DNA from: Marsupella aquatica | Lineage: Eukaryota; Plantae; Marchantiophyta | Assembly: GCA_973895155.1 (NCBI GenBank) | Contig: OZ316894.1 | Location: 21,485,867-21,549,866, forward strand | DNA: 64,000 bases | Reading direction: 5' to 3' | Shown: positions 1 to 12,290 of the stretch, piece by piece | Position numbering within the stretch: position 1 is the first letter of the stretch | How the letters are laid out: every line of letters starts with the position of its first letter | The notes under the pieces: generated by a model | What the model was told of the DNA's origin: nothing | Database searches by the model: none | Seen by the model: only the letters and a program-made list of their open reading frames with translations | Position numbers and translations under genes: made by a program

Positions 1-413
1 CACGAGCAAGTCTTCATCTCTGGTGAAATGTTTTCTTCCTCGGTCTCTTTCCGCTGTTAGTCTCCATGTGGAGTGAATTCCGAACGAGAAGGGACGTTCT
101 GTTTAAGTCCACCGCACCTCGTCCTTACGAAACGGTCGACATAAGATCAATTGAAATACGAGACGAAAGTCACCAACTCATCGATCTGCGTCTTCACGAT
201 GCCGAACGAAGAAGCCGTGCCAATTTGCGCAGAGAGTTGGTACTTCATATACTGATGGAAAGGCTACGGTGTAAATAGGTGGAATCTCTGTGTGAAAATC
301 GTATCACAACTGGTTGAATCCTTCCTCAATTTCATCGTCTGTGTATTCATGAAGATTCAGCAGGTGTGTTCCCGTGTGTCTTCAAGTGGCCGTTATTGAA
401 TACCCTCTCAGAT

Positions 414-3400
414 ATGGTTGAATCGAATCTTATGGAAGCCTCTACGGCAGCGAATGGAATCAGCCAGGACTCGAAATTACGATTTCTGGGTCTCTTACTC
501 TGGGGATGCAAGTCCCTATCAAATATGATTGAATCTATCTTCAATTTCATCCTGTGTCTATTCATCAAGCTTCGGAAGGTGTGTTCTGGTTCTTCTTCAA
601 ATGGACCGTCGTTTCTGCCCCAGCTCACCCAGGTATGTCATTGTGCATCAGCCACTAGCCATGACCTCCTGGTCACGTTTCGTAGGCGTGTGAATGTAAT
701 ACACGTGTGACAGCTAAATCTCTGAGCACTCCATGGTGCATCAATGCTTCATTTCTTGCTTTCGTGGTTTGTTTTTGTGGTTGGCTGTTGCATCCTCCCA
801 ATTATTTTACTTACCCGTTCTGCGCTCGGCAGTTGGACGAGATGGTTTATGAAGTTTACACTCCCTTACCCAAACAAAAGCCAGACCTGGAAATCATCTT
901 TGTTCATGGCCTTCAGTTGACTGAACAAAAGGAGGCATACATGACAACCTGGATGTCGTATGACAACTCCCAGCTTTGGTTGAAGACGTGGCCGGTGGAA
1001 CAGTTTCCTAAAGCTCGGATTCTGACAATCTCATATGACTGTTCCGCCAAAAGGAGTGATGGTGCTGGGATCTTGGATATGTACCGCACAACAGAGAATC
1101 TGATCCATGAACTTACGTGGGGTCGTGTTCGAGTTGGCCGGGAAGGATGCCCAGTGGTGTTTGTAGGCCATTGTGTGGGCGGTTTAGTTTTGAAGGACCT
1201 TTGTGTCAGGGCGGGAAACTTGTTGACTCGAGAAAGTCCAGAAAGTCCAGAATTTCATCGAGTCGATGACCTGTTCTCGAACCTACGAGGCATGTTCTTT
1301 TACGGCACACCGCACTTAGGATCGTTGTTGGGTGATGAGTTTCATCAACACCCAGGTGCACTGGCGGCACAAATAAAAGTCTTGAAGGCTTCCAACAGTA
1401 GAAGAAATGAGGAGTTTCTTAAGTTGAAGAATCGGTATAAGTGGGCAACCTATGGGATAGGCGAAGGACAAAAGACTTTTGTGGTATGGACAATCTGTTG
1501 ACCTTTCTCTTTTATTTTGACGGTGCATTCGTATTGGGCCTTTAATTCTCTTCCGTGCTAACCATACGTCCTGTCAGATCATTGGGAAATTTGTAATATA
1601 TAATCAGTTGCTCAACTCCAAGGGGCTCTCTTACCAGAACAATCAGCTTACTTTTATTTTCAAATTGTAATGTTTCTTAGCATTACTTATCATCCCATGA
1701 TTGAAGTTTAATGGATACAATATAATGGAAGGAAAAATACTTATATTTCCTCGGACTCTCCTGTGTCAACAATATTTTGAACTTAATAGTTCTAATCATC
1801 CTGGAATCTTCACAATTTTGGCCTGTGATTATTGACCTGGTTTTCTCCTATAGGGTGGTCTGGATAAATGTATTCGTGTGGTTGAGGAGGCATCATCTAG
1901 GGCGTACATGGATTCCTACTACACTGCTCGGACTTCAGACCATTTCAACATCTGCAAACCACGGGGGAAGAAGGATAGTGCTTTCCAAAAGCTTACAGAT
2001 TTTCTGCACCAGGTATTTAGCAGTCGTATTCTCAGATATGACGATTTGAGACGTTATAAGAAATTGTCAGTGGGAAAGCATCCAGAGACGTGATAGCGAG
2101 AACCTTCCGTTTAAAGTTTACAATCTAGTAACTTTCCCTTTTCACAGTATTCTTGATGTATGTCGTACTACTTCAAGACAAGAAAGATTGTGTGCTTTGA
2201 GTGCTCTAAAAATCCAATGGCTTTTGGTGTAGCTCGAGGACAACTTGCAGCTTTAAGTTTTCTCGTTTCTTCACTCCCATGCACACTATAGATATCTTCT
2301 CATCGTTTTTCGACTTTTGTTGTGAAATTTTGAATCACCATAATTCGAACAGGTGCAAGGAAGTGGAGCAGTTGATGGAAGTCTTGCGGATATCGGTGGG
2401 AGTTACCAGCCGCAAGACATTATCGACTTGGAAGGTCGTGCAGGCCAAGTACGCACTATGTTGGCCAAGCCAAATGGCAACAAGATTTTCATTGTAGGTT
2501 TGAGTGGAATTGGCAAAACTACACTGGCTGAGCAGGTCTTCCGCGAGATGTGTCCCAACTTTGGAGTCACATGCTTTGTATCTCTTTCGAGCTCTGAGCC
2601 CCAATACGATTGCCAAGAACAGGTCTTGAAAAGAATTCAAGACGGACTACGTTCAGGTCGGGCAGGATTAAATGGCAGCCCTTCGAGCGTATTTAGTTAC
2701 TTGAAACGGAAGAAAGTCTTGATGGTTGTTGATAATGTTCAGTCGCAAAAGCAACTAGATGCCTTGTGCACAGAGACTTGGTTAGATGGTAGTGACAGTC
2801 GGTTGATTGTCACCAGTACCAATCCTCGACTTGGCACCCAATCCAATACTTTTCAGGTTCCATACTTGAATGACACAGAATCAGTTCAATTGTTCCTAAA
2901 GTACGCCTTTGAGGGTAGAGACGGACCCCAGAATGTCACAATGTTTGTTGTCGAGGTGATAAGAAAGTGTGAAAACTTCCCTCTATCTCTTAAAATTCTG
3001 GGGAGTTATGTAGGCCACGAGGAGGACAAAGACAACCCAGAACTTTGGAAAGAGCTGATTCAGAAGATGGACAAAGCTGTAGAATTGGTTCATGGTGATC
3101 CGGATCTGAAACTGTGGGGTAGGCTCAGGCCATGCTACGATTCTTTAGACCCTTCAGAGCAACAGTTGTTCTTGGATATTGCCACGACATTTTGTGGCTA
3201 CTCCTTTTCCATGGTGGAGTGTATCTGGAATGGGTGTCAGGAATTTCCACTGACGGCATGGACAAATGTTAAGAAAAGATTTCTCGCAAGTGTGGACAAA
3301 GATGGTAAGGTATGGATGCATACCCAACTGCGGGACTTGGGCCGGAGCATTGCATGTCCCAGGAACACGACTCTTGAGAAGTGGCAGCGAGTTTCCGAAA

Positions 3401-5680
3401 CCGCCTCTGCAAAGGAGTTGATTGCAAATTGTCAGGTATTTTGTAGAAACACAAGTGGGGTGCTGAAATCCAACGAACATCTGGAAGTTCCTTTTTCAGC
3501 ATTTGAATGTTCTTGTAACCGATTTGGACGGTGCTAGATCAAGCGACTGAAGGTGACTGAAAACTAACAACCCAAAATGCATTGTAACTTTGCAGGGCGT
3601 TGTTGATACTCGTACTTTGAAGCTTGAAAATGGCGGGCAGGAAAAGCTATTCCTTCGAAATACCACCTTCTCGAAGTTTACATATCTTCAGTCCTTGATA
3701 TTGAAGGGTGTGGAGATGATGATAATAGGGGAGACTACACTACAGCTCCCACCATCAGTAGTCTATTTGAGCTGGAGATATGGTTTGTTTGAAGTTTGTC
3801 CTGTGGATTTCAGCGAATTGGAAAGTTTATCCGTTCTAGACCTCTCCTACTGCAGAGCTATGAAATCACTCCCTTCAAGCCTCAGGAATGCAAGGAAGCT
3901 CACATGGTTGGAGTTGAAAGGTTGTCGATCGTTGAAGGATCTGGGAGTATTGAAACTCTGCCATCTAAAGCACTTGGGATTGAGTGGGACCGGCTTGACC
4001 CACGTACCACGAAACCTTGACCAGTTCAGCGACCCGAAGTACTTGCTGGCCCATGACACAAAGCTAACTAAAGTTCCTCAAAGGGTCCGTGGCCTTGCGA
4101 TGTTAGTCTCGCTTGATTTGAGCTTTACCAAGGTCGGCACCCTTCCAGAAGCTATCGGTCATCTCAAATCCCTGAAAGAGCTCAACCTAAGGCGGACTTC
4201 ACTGCGGTCCTTGCCGGAATCAGTGGGGGAGCTAGAATGGCTGGAAACTTTGACCTTGGACGAAACTCCTTTGGAAAATCTACCTGAATCAGTTTGCAAG
4301 CTACGGTTTCTCAAACGTCTGACACTAGAGGGTACAGAAATAAGCGCTCTTCCTGATGCGATCGGGGACCTTGTACAGCTGGAGGCATTGGTACTATGGA
4401 GAAGTAGGTTAAGGAGACTACCGGAAACAACTAGCAGGTTGTGGCGGCTAGAAGAGTTTGCAGTACAATTGGATTTGAACAACAATTGCCTCCAACATTT
4501 AGCTTCTTGGAAGTCCTTGACGAGCCTTTATCTGGAGGTTGGGATCCTAGGAGAAGAGCGTGCTCTGGCACTGGGAGAGGAGCAATCACAAACAAGGATC
4601 CACTCCCTTCTCTCTCCTTTATTTTTACTACATGCACTTAATTTCGTATCGTTAAGTGGCGACGATTGCCCGCAATCTTTGCTGCCCGCTCTGTTTGGTG
4701 CATTGCATCAAATTCCATCCCTTTCGATGTTAACATTGTCCGACTTCGATAGGGTGGAGGTGATGCCCTATGAATTGGGGACATTGACAGGATTGATGAG
4801 TCTTGAGATATGGGACTGTGATAGGCTCCGTGAGTTGCCCGAGTCATTGGGCAGTCTATGCGCGTTGACAGATCTGGACTTACAAAACTTGCCAAGCTTG
4901 TCCAGACTGCCCGAGTCTTTGAATGCCTTGTCATGCCTTTCCGATTTAGAGATTTATCGATGTGAGAGCTTAGAAAATCTGCCGGGATCATTTGGCCATT
5001 TGTCGCATTTGGAGCAAGAGTGCTTCTCTTTGCAAAGCAACAACAGCGAAACGGTAAACTCATTTGAGCGCACAATGCCTTGTCAGCTGGACTGCTTGAC
5101 ACTGCGCACAGATTCATGGAAACTCTTGGAGTGCTTCTTGGAATGTTGTCAGAAACGGATGTCAAGGCCAGAAGTTATATATGTTGTTAGCTGCGAGAAG
5201 ATGGAGAAAGTGATGAAGGAGGCGACTCAGGATAGCGATGGAGTAGGCTATGTGGTCGATATTAGTGTGGCCAGGGAGCTATTCACGGAAAGGAATTCAA
5301 ATCAGCGAGGACAGGACAGTAGCGTCCAATTTGCTGCGGGGCGTTCTGCGTGTCATGGTCCTTGGAACCATTGTACCGGTCTTCAATCCGTCGTTATACG
5401 ATGCTATGCAAACGGCAGAGAGAGTGTACCCTTCGAGGGGTGTGGTGTTCATACGATATTGGTGCGATTGATAGATGAACGACACAGCGGTGAGGGTAGT
5501 GAAGACGAAGGTGATAGTGAGATCGAGGAAGATAATGTGCACAGCGGTATGGGGGGAGACGAATCTGACAGCGAGATGAGTGAAGCCGCAAGCAGTGAGG
5601 TTGAAGAACATGGAGCTGGTTGTGCAGCGATGGAAGACCAAAGTGACACTAAGCTGACAACAAGATTGCTATCTGAGTGA
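414..5680 (+). CDS. Alpha/beta-hydrolase-NB-ARC-LRR (HNL-type) NLR immune receptor, copy 1, apparently intact (~1398 aa)
   Basis: Exon model with all phase-0 GT-AG introns: 414-632, 833-1483, 1854-2012, 2353-3435, 3596-5680. SERAC1/PGAP1/SesB-like hydrolase motifs (IIFVHGL, RILTISYD, VFVGHCVGGLVLK, FYGTPHLGS, DHFNICKP). NB-ARC P-loop GLSGIGKTT, kinase-2 VLMVVDNV, RNBS-B SRLIVTST, NFPLSL, LFLDIA, WMHTQLRDLGR. LxxLxLxx..LP LRRs follow, then an acidic tail. Exon 1 and the start codon are least certain; the alternative ATG is at 842. Confidence 0.88.
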
Positions 5681-6570
5681 AAACAGATGATGACACGGGC
5701 GAAGACCAATACCACAAGGAGATAGTGGAGTCGACGACTCTGAAAAAGGAGTCATGCTCAAGACTTTGTGTCCACTCATGCTTTGAGCATCCGAAAATGT
5801 GTCTTGTAAACACAAACCGTGATGGCATGTTCTAGGCCTACCAGGAATGGCCACTACAATTCCGTAAGCGCCATCACACTCACAATATTGAATGTTGATG
5901 GAGCTCTAAAAGTTTATTCCGGAAATTGTTAAGGTGCCCTGAATGCCTATCATTGTGCGATCATTGGGAGGTTCCTTCGCGTGGCAAAATTACGCCTGAA
6001 AGAAAAGTCCTTGAAGTCCACGCGCGTTGAGAATCTCAGAGTTTACTGCAAAGCTTCTGCTCTCCGATATACTGAGGATCGCATTGCTCAGAAATCAGAG
6101 TCCCTCAGATATGGATTTCAGGCAGTCTACCAGGTTTCCCTTTATTGCACTAGTAGAGTGTCTTGTTGAGTATATGGAAAGTGAATTGCTGGGGGCATTT
6201 TGGAAGTCTTCTGGCAGTGTCAGTTTCTACAGCATTGCGAATGAATCAAACCATTTTGAGCCGAAGGTTGGATACGAATTACATAACAAGAAGTTGAAGG
6301 CTTAAAAGCCATGCTCTATCGCTTACAAGGGTCTGCTGGGCTCACCATTGCAGACGCTCCGGATTTTTCCTGTGACTTTGCTGTAATTAACCGTCGGGAG
6401 CCCTTTCAACAGAGGTGGTCCACTATGAAGACACACAACCCTGGATGACAGATCGATGGATTCTAATCGTAGATTGTACTTTCACATGCTTATAATTAAG
6501 TGGAAGCTGCCCTTTCTGTGCAGAGGTTGCAAAGTGATCAAATGGCTCACTGCATGCATGTGAGCCCAAT

Positions 6571-6783
6571 AGGGAGTGTCAAAGCACAGTTGTATCTGAG
6601 TTATGGCTCAGGACATAAAAAATGTACAGTTGTATCTGAGTTATGGCTCAGGACATAAAAAATGCCTCAGGACATAAAAACAGAATAGTTGTGGGTTACC
6701 CAAATACATACCCCATAAGGGTGGTATGCCCAGAAGAATTAAGCAATAACCAAAATGTTATGGGTGAACCTTTGACACTCCCT
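6571..6783. mobile_element. 213-bp MITE with 14-bp TIR AGGGAGTGTCAAAG and 3-bp TSD AAT (PIF/Harbinger-related, inferred)
   Basis: AGGGAGTGTCAAAG at 6571-6584 and CTTTGACACTCCCT at 6770-6783. AAT flanks both sides (6568-6570, 6784-6786). Empty sites are present in the paralogous units (gagcccaatgtagtcc ~18097; gagcccaatgtggtcc ~28425). Confidence 0.9.
6586..6680. repeat. Tandem ~40-bp duplication inside the MITE
   Basis: acagttgtatctgagttatggctcaggacataaaaaatg occurs twice, plus a partial third copy (ctcaggacataaaaa). Confidence 0.85.
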
Positions 6784-8087
6784 AATGTAGTCTGAGCACA
6801 CAGCCATATGGGCATTTGCCAAGGTGATCTTCCTGGGTGTAGTATAGTCATCGTGGTCCAATGCTTGCGTGTTTGGTATGGACTGGCCGAGGTAAGGAGG
6901 CATATATACGCAATCTTTGACACTTATTTATATTGCACATGGATCTTTTTCTGGCAACTCCATGCGTCTCTAAAGAACTTCAAATTTTGTGTATACAAGA
7001 TAGCGAGGATGAGAGCCACGAGGAAATGGTCAAGAATGGTCTTGACCGAGCTCAGTCACTGCCATGGCCAGTGCTGACTCAAGTGATGGTAGACACTATA
7101 ATATACAAGTGACCCAATTTCTCCAGTTTATGTCATAGAGACCAGACTAGATTTAATGCTCTTTGTCAACTTTAGAGGTTTCTTCTGGTCCAAATATGCC
7201 ATATATTTGTAGGATATCCTTGGAACCATGATGAACTTTGTAATTTTCTTTAAATCAATGAGCATCCCTCCATACCATGATAACCTCTTTATTTTCTTTA
7301 AATCAATGAGTGCACACAGTATTTTATCACATTTTGATGTGTGATTACAGGCAGAGGGTTTCTTAATTTCCTGACTGCTTCAATTGGTGTTTTCTATGTT
7401 GCACATACAGGAAGGTGATGGTTTGAGCTGATATGGTGTTTGCTTTTGGTAAACTATCCAACCAGAGAGTAGCAAACAAAGGTATCAGGTTTATTTCTCG
7501 TATCAAAATAATCATTAATGCTGAGCCTTTACGAATTACATTTCAAACTGCCAAAAAACAAGGGGCGCCCAACCCAGAGAGATTTTTCCTCAGACAAAAG
7601 ACCCAATCAAGGGGTGACAACCAAAGGGCCAAGAAAGGCCAGGAAGCAAACAAACAAGAGAGCAACCGAAGACCTAAAAACCAGAAGCCCAAAACCTACC
7701 AGTTGGTAGACTGAAGAGCCTGGTAGAGCTCCGGTGTGAAGTGCATAGGAGGGTCTAGCAAAAAAATTCTACTAGAGACCCTAAGACCAACAACCTCACC
7801 CCTATGAAGAATAGTGAACGCTTGTGCCTGCTGAAGCGTAACACCCTATGTCTTGAATTGAGGCTTTCTACTGAATATAAATCTGTCAGCCGGTCACATT
7901 GTGGGTTTGATAGGGCATTTGCAGGCTGGACTGGATTGCTAACTCTTAAGTGGTAGATGCTGCCATTCAGCAATCATTGATTGGGTTGAATGAAACATTG
8001 CCTCTGTCCCATGGGAAGTTTAGTTCTGGGTATTTGCCTCTCACCACGCCTAGGGGCTGTATTGTGTCTTTCTGTATAGCACAGGAA

Positions 8088-8285
8088 TCCTAGATATGTA
8101 AAGGACGTTGCTATATTGTTATATGGCGCTTCACCTTTTGTATATCAAGTATATCATGATTCTAGATGTGTAAATGATGTTGGTATATTGCTATATGGCG
8201 CTTTACCTTTTTTAAATCAGGTATATCATGAATTCTAGATGTGTAAATGATGTTGCTATATTGCTATATGGCGCCTTCACCTTTC
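8088..8285. repeat. Degenerate ~70-bp tandem repeat, 3 copies
   Basis: ctagat(a/g)tgtaaa..ga.gttg.tatattg.tatatggcgc recurs at ~8090, ~8162 and ~8235. Confidence 0.75.
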
Positions 8286-9849
8286 CTGCTTTACTCTATT
8301 CAGATTTTTTTAATGTATTTTTATTTCAATGTGCCTCAGAGAAGGTGCATCTTTTGTGCTATTTGCAAATTTTTTTGGCCCGGCTCATAATGTTTTTGAT
8401 CTTTCCATCCCATATTTCAATGTTGCCCATCCTCAATACAATATAGATTTCCATAAACAATAGGGTAAATAGTACTGAAAAATCAGTTTTTGGGCCAAAA
8501 CTTCAAGTACAGTAGTCCCCCTTAAAAAATGAGAAATCTGAAAAAGCCATGGTGAGATGCATTGTGCCCACCACAGCCCTGAGAAGCAATGTCAGGCACA
8601 GCCCAAAAGTCAGCATTGTCTGGTGGTGCAACAACAACCATCAGCACTATGCAACTGCTTTTAGCAGCTTAGAGCAGCACCACTACCTTCAACAATGTTC
8701 AGAATGTCTTTCAGAGAGCCCTCCCTAAATGTTAAACTCTCCCTATATGTTGAGCCTGAACCTCAAGCACGAGAGTATGGGTTAGAAAACAGAGGAGTAT
8801 GAGTTACTTTTATGTTTTGCCAAACAACATTTTGCACATAAACTCCCAAAACCTAAATTGATGATGAGTGAACATTGGAAAAAATAAAAACTCAAATGTG
8901 TGCTAAGCCAACACATAAATTTTGCTACTTTGCTCACTTGTAGTACAGTGCAGTAGCACTAAAGTATCTGCAATTGAGTTATTGATTGGTGTACTTGCTT
9001 TTGCAATGTTGTACCTTTACACTTGTATTTTTGATTTACACTGTATCTTAAGTAACCTATTCAATTCTCCCTTCAATAGCTAACTCCTAACTACAATTCC
9101 TTTTTGGATAACCTACCTCTAACACCATTTCTTTCTCTCTCTTTTTTATGCCATCTTCTCCTAATACACAAGAGTGGGAGTGCCTTAGAGTGAACAATTG
9201 ACATTCTGTATAACTGTTAGTTAGATCTTTGCAATGGAATGGCATATCTGTGTGACTTCTCAGTTTTCAGGATTGGAAATTCTGCAATCCGGTCCTTTAA
9301 AAATCAAAATCAAGTGCAGAATAAACAAAACTGCCTACTGATAGTTAAAAGCTGCTTCGGAGACACTGTAAACCTGCCTTATGGTATCGAAGGGTTCCCA
9401 GATTCTGTCCCCTGTTTGTAAGTCTTGGAAATTTGAAGGAGACCACGGGTGATTTTTATTGTTCCTGGCCCACGTAGGCACATTTATATTTCGTAAATTT
9501 GCATATTTGGAGTGTATTTGTATGCAGGTGGGTTTATTAAATCCAGCTGGCAGAATTTGAAATGGCAAGAATTTAAAAGTGAGGAGAAATACCAACGATG
9601 GGGATGAAACTTTATTAATATCAGTAACCAGAAATTACAATTGAATGACTCATGTGAGAGCCTCAATGAACGATAAGAATGTATGTTTCATGTGGGTGAA
9701 ATGTCTGCAAGATATGATTCTGTCTAGTGGATAGATGTTTCTTTTGAACGCTGCTTTGATGAATGAAGTCGACTGTGAGCTCGACCAGAAAGAATGTTGA
9801 GATTCTCAGTGATACACAACTCTGGCGGAACGCTGTGGCTGAAGACCAT

Positions 9850-12290
9850 CAACCGAAAACAGAGCTAACCTTCATGGGAAGTTGACGTAGCTGGGAGCAC
9901 TTGACGAAATTGCAGAGATGAATCACACTCGTACATAGACTTGAATGCATCTGAGATGACAAAACGGAAGTCATGGCAAATGGGCAGCCCATTTCATCCA
10001 CTTCACTCTTTCCTGGGTGTCGATCGTGGTTGTCGGAGTACTCTCGTTGCAATAATTGTATTAAAGCAAAATTTAGTACCCAATTGCCTAGGATTTCAGG
10101 TGTAGCCCAAGACAGTTTCCACCCCTTGCCCCGTTGGACTTCGCTCCCTGCCCGAGCCCAGACCGGATAAGAAGGGAAATGTGCATAGATGAATAAACCA
10201 GAGATAGGAATTCCAGCAAGCAAGAGACAAATGATCCTAGCGGTTCCAAATCCTCAAACGGGAATTCTTTCCGTCAGGCCTTCTTGCTCGTGGAATTCAT
10301 GCGTATTTGACTCATGTCAATTCTCTGATCTGCTCAAGGTACTGTCAAACAGCCTATTCTCCTTGCAACCGGCCTTCCGCTCTCAGAGCCCTTTTCAGTC
10401 CCTGCTAGTTTGCCGTCAGCTGAGAAACCAGACTCCCCAATCAAGCCATGGAGATTCACGGTGGGAATCTTCTCCAGCTTGCTAGGGGAGAACACCAGAA
10501 CTCGAGCTCCCAGGAGCTTCCAGAGTAGTGAGTCCGAAGTACAGTAAGAACATCAGGGAAGGTCGTGGGTATGGGAAAAACTCGAATTTCAGAGCAACGA
10601 ACGTTGTAGATGATGTCTGTGCGAAGTTGGAGTGGAGGATTTATCTGGACTTTCCTTGGTCTGTTGAATCGGCCCAAGGGGAAAAAACCTGCAGATTTGG
10701 ACAGAGAGATTCCACCTCTATACAAGGGTCCGAGGGAGACTTCTTTGGGAGACTTCTTTGGCTTCACGGGGCTTAACCCGTCCTTTGTAACGGCGGAGGA
10801 CCACGGCAAGAACGGGCTCCTGTTTCTGATACTCGCGTTGAGGTTTGCCAACCAAAGTCCTGCCTATGCTTTGTTGTTCCATATAGGATGATAGATTCTT
10901 GGAGGAAGGAGGAGCGATCTTTGAATAGATGAAAGCCAGAGCGTATGATGGATTGTGGGTTGTGTTATTGTAGAGGAGACAATTGTCGCTGTGATACTCT
11001 CCCCTGTGTGTTAGATTGACCCGAAAGGGGAATTTCGGAAATTTTCGCATAGATATTCCACGGCAAGAGAAGGTTACCTTTCTTGGACCGAACAGAGTCT
11101 GATTTTTTTGCTTCTGGTCGAGTGTCACCAGTACTTCGGAATCTTGATGACTCTTTGCGATGCAATCAACTAACAGTACTACCTCCGAACCAAGCTCTTA
11201 CTAGAGGTAGAACGTTGAAGTTTACTGCAGGATACCGGTGGAGCACCAGTGGAGGACGAGCTGGTGAGATCGGTAACATCACTGCCATTATACAGCCCAC
11301 TGAACGTTCTTTCGCAATTAATGAGGACACTCTCTCTGGTACATCGTGGGAGAATGTTTCAGATGGTGGGAGCTTGCTAAGTTCCAAGTCCCATGTAGAA
11401 ATCGGGAATTTCAAACGGGAAGGCGCTATATTCAAATTACAAGTAAGTCTTCATCGCCGGTGAAAGGACGACTTCTCGCAACCTCTTTCCAAGCCCCCCT
11501 TGTTTGCAATCGTTCTGTTGTCCCATCTCTTAGGAATTTATGTACGATCTGCAGTCTGAGCTGTGACCAACCCATGTCGTCGGAATCCATTAAAGTTCTT
11601 CAGTCCGAACTGGGAATCGAAGGACACAACTCACCATCATCATTCTCTCCCTCTTCAAGCGGCCATAGGAAGAACTCTCGCTCATTTGCGCTACAGAGGA
11701 TTCCGTAGAATGGACGCTAGGAGTCATCTCTGTGAAGCACCATGATCCTCTGCACGAGGTAATTTCGCTCGTGTTGCAAAGCTTTCTGTACGTCCATTGC
11801 ATCGTTACTTCAAAAGCACTTAGAAGTCTTTGAATTCAAATCATCCCCAATACAGTACTTCCCGGCCCTTACTATTATCCTACTGCTGAATTCCCTGCAG
11901 GGTACTGGTGGAAAGCAAGCGGAGCAAGCTCCTGTTGGTCTAACCACATGTTTAGAATTCTGCAAAATGGACAAATGATAAGTCTGGTCAGCCCTGTGCT
12001 CTACATTAGCTTAGTATTTTGTCAAAGCTCGCAGACCTTCTGACAGCTACGTCACTGGCTTAGAGTGAGTCCTCAAATCTCATGGAAGACTCTATGGCAG
12101 CCAGTGCAATCAGCCAGGACTCGAAATCAATTTCTGGGTCTGTTACTTCGGGGATCCAAGTCCATATTAAAAGTGGTTGAGTCGATCTTCAATTTTATCC
12201 TCTGTCTATCCATTAAGCTTCGGCAGTTGTGTTCTGGTTCTTCTCCAAATGGACTCTCGTTTGTGCCCCACCTCACCCAGGTATGTCATT
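9850..12290 (-). pseudogene. Decayed minus-strand coding sequence of unknown family upstream of NLR copy 2
   Basis: Minus-strand peptides (HFPSYPVWARAGSEVQRG; LPPSETFSHDVPERVSS; PLVLHRYPAVNFNVLPLVRAWFG) align in frame with the region upstream of copy 3 (HFPSYRI*VRAG..AGSEIER; LPPSEPFSQEVSERESS; PLVQQRHP*VNFKVHPLVRIGFG). Confidence 0.45.

Noticed and set aside
707-832. N-terminal extension MTAKSLSTPWC... of the hydrolase ORF, which looks like a TM helix
   Set aside because: It starts at GTG and covers the T-rich intron ending in the acceptor at 831-832, so it is better explained as intron.
2335-5715. Several minus-strand ORFs conserved across the NLR copies
   Set aside because: Their conservation follows from the recent duplication of the plus-strand NLR exons.
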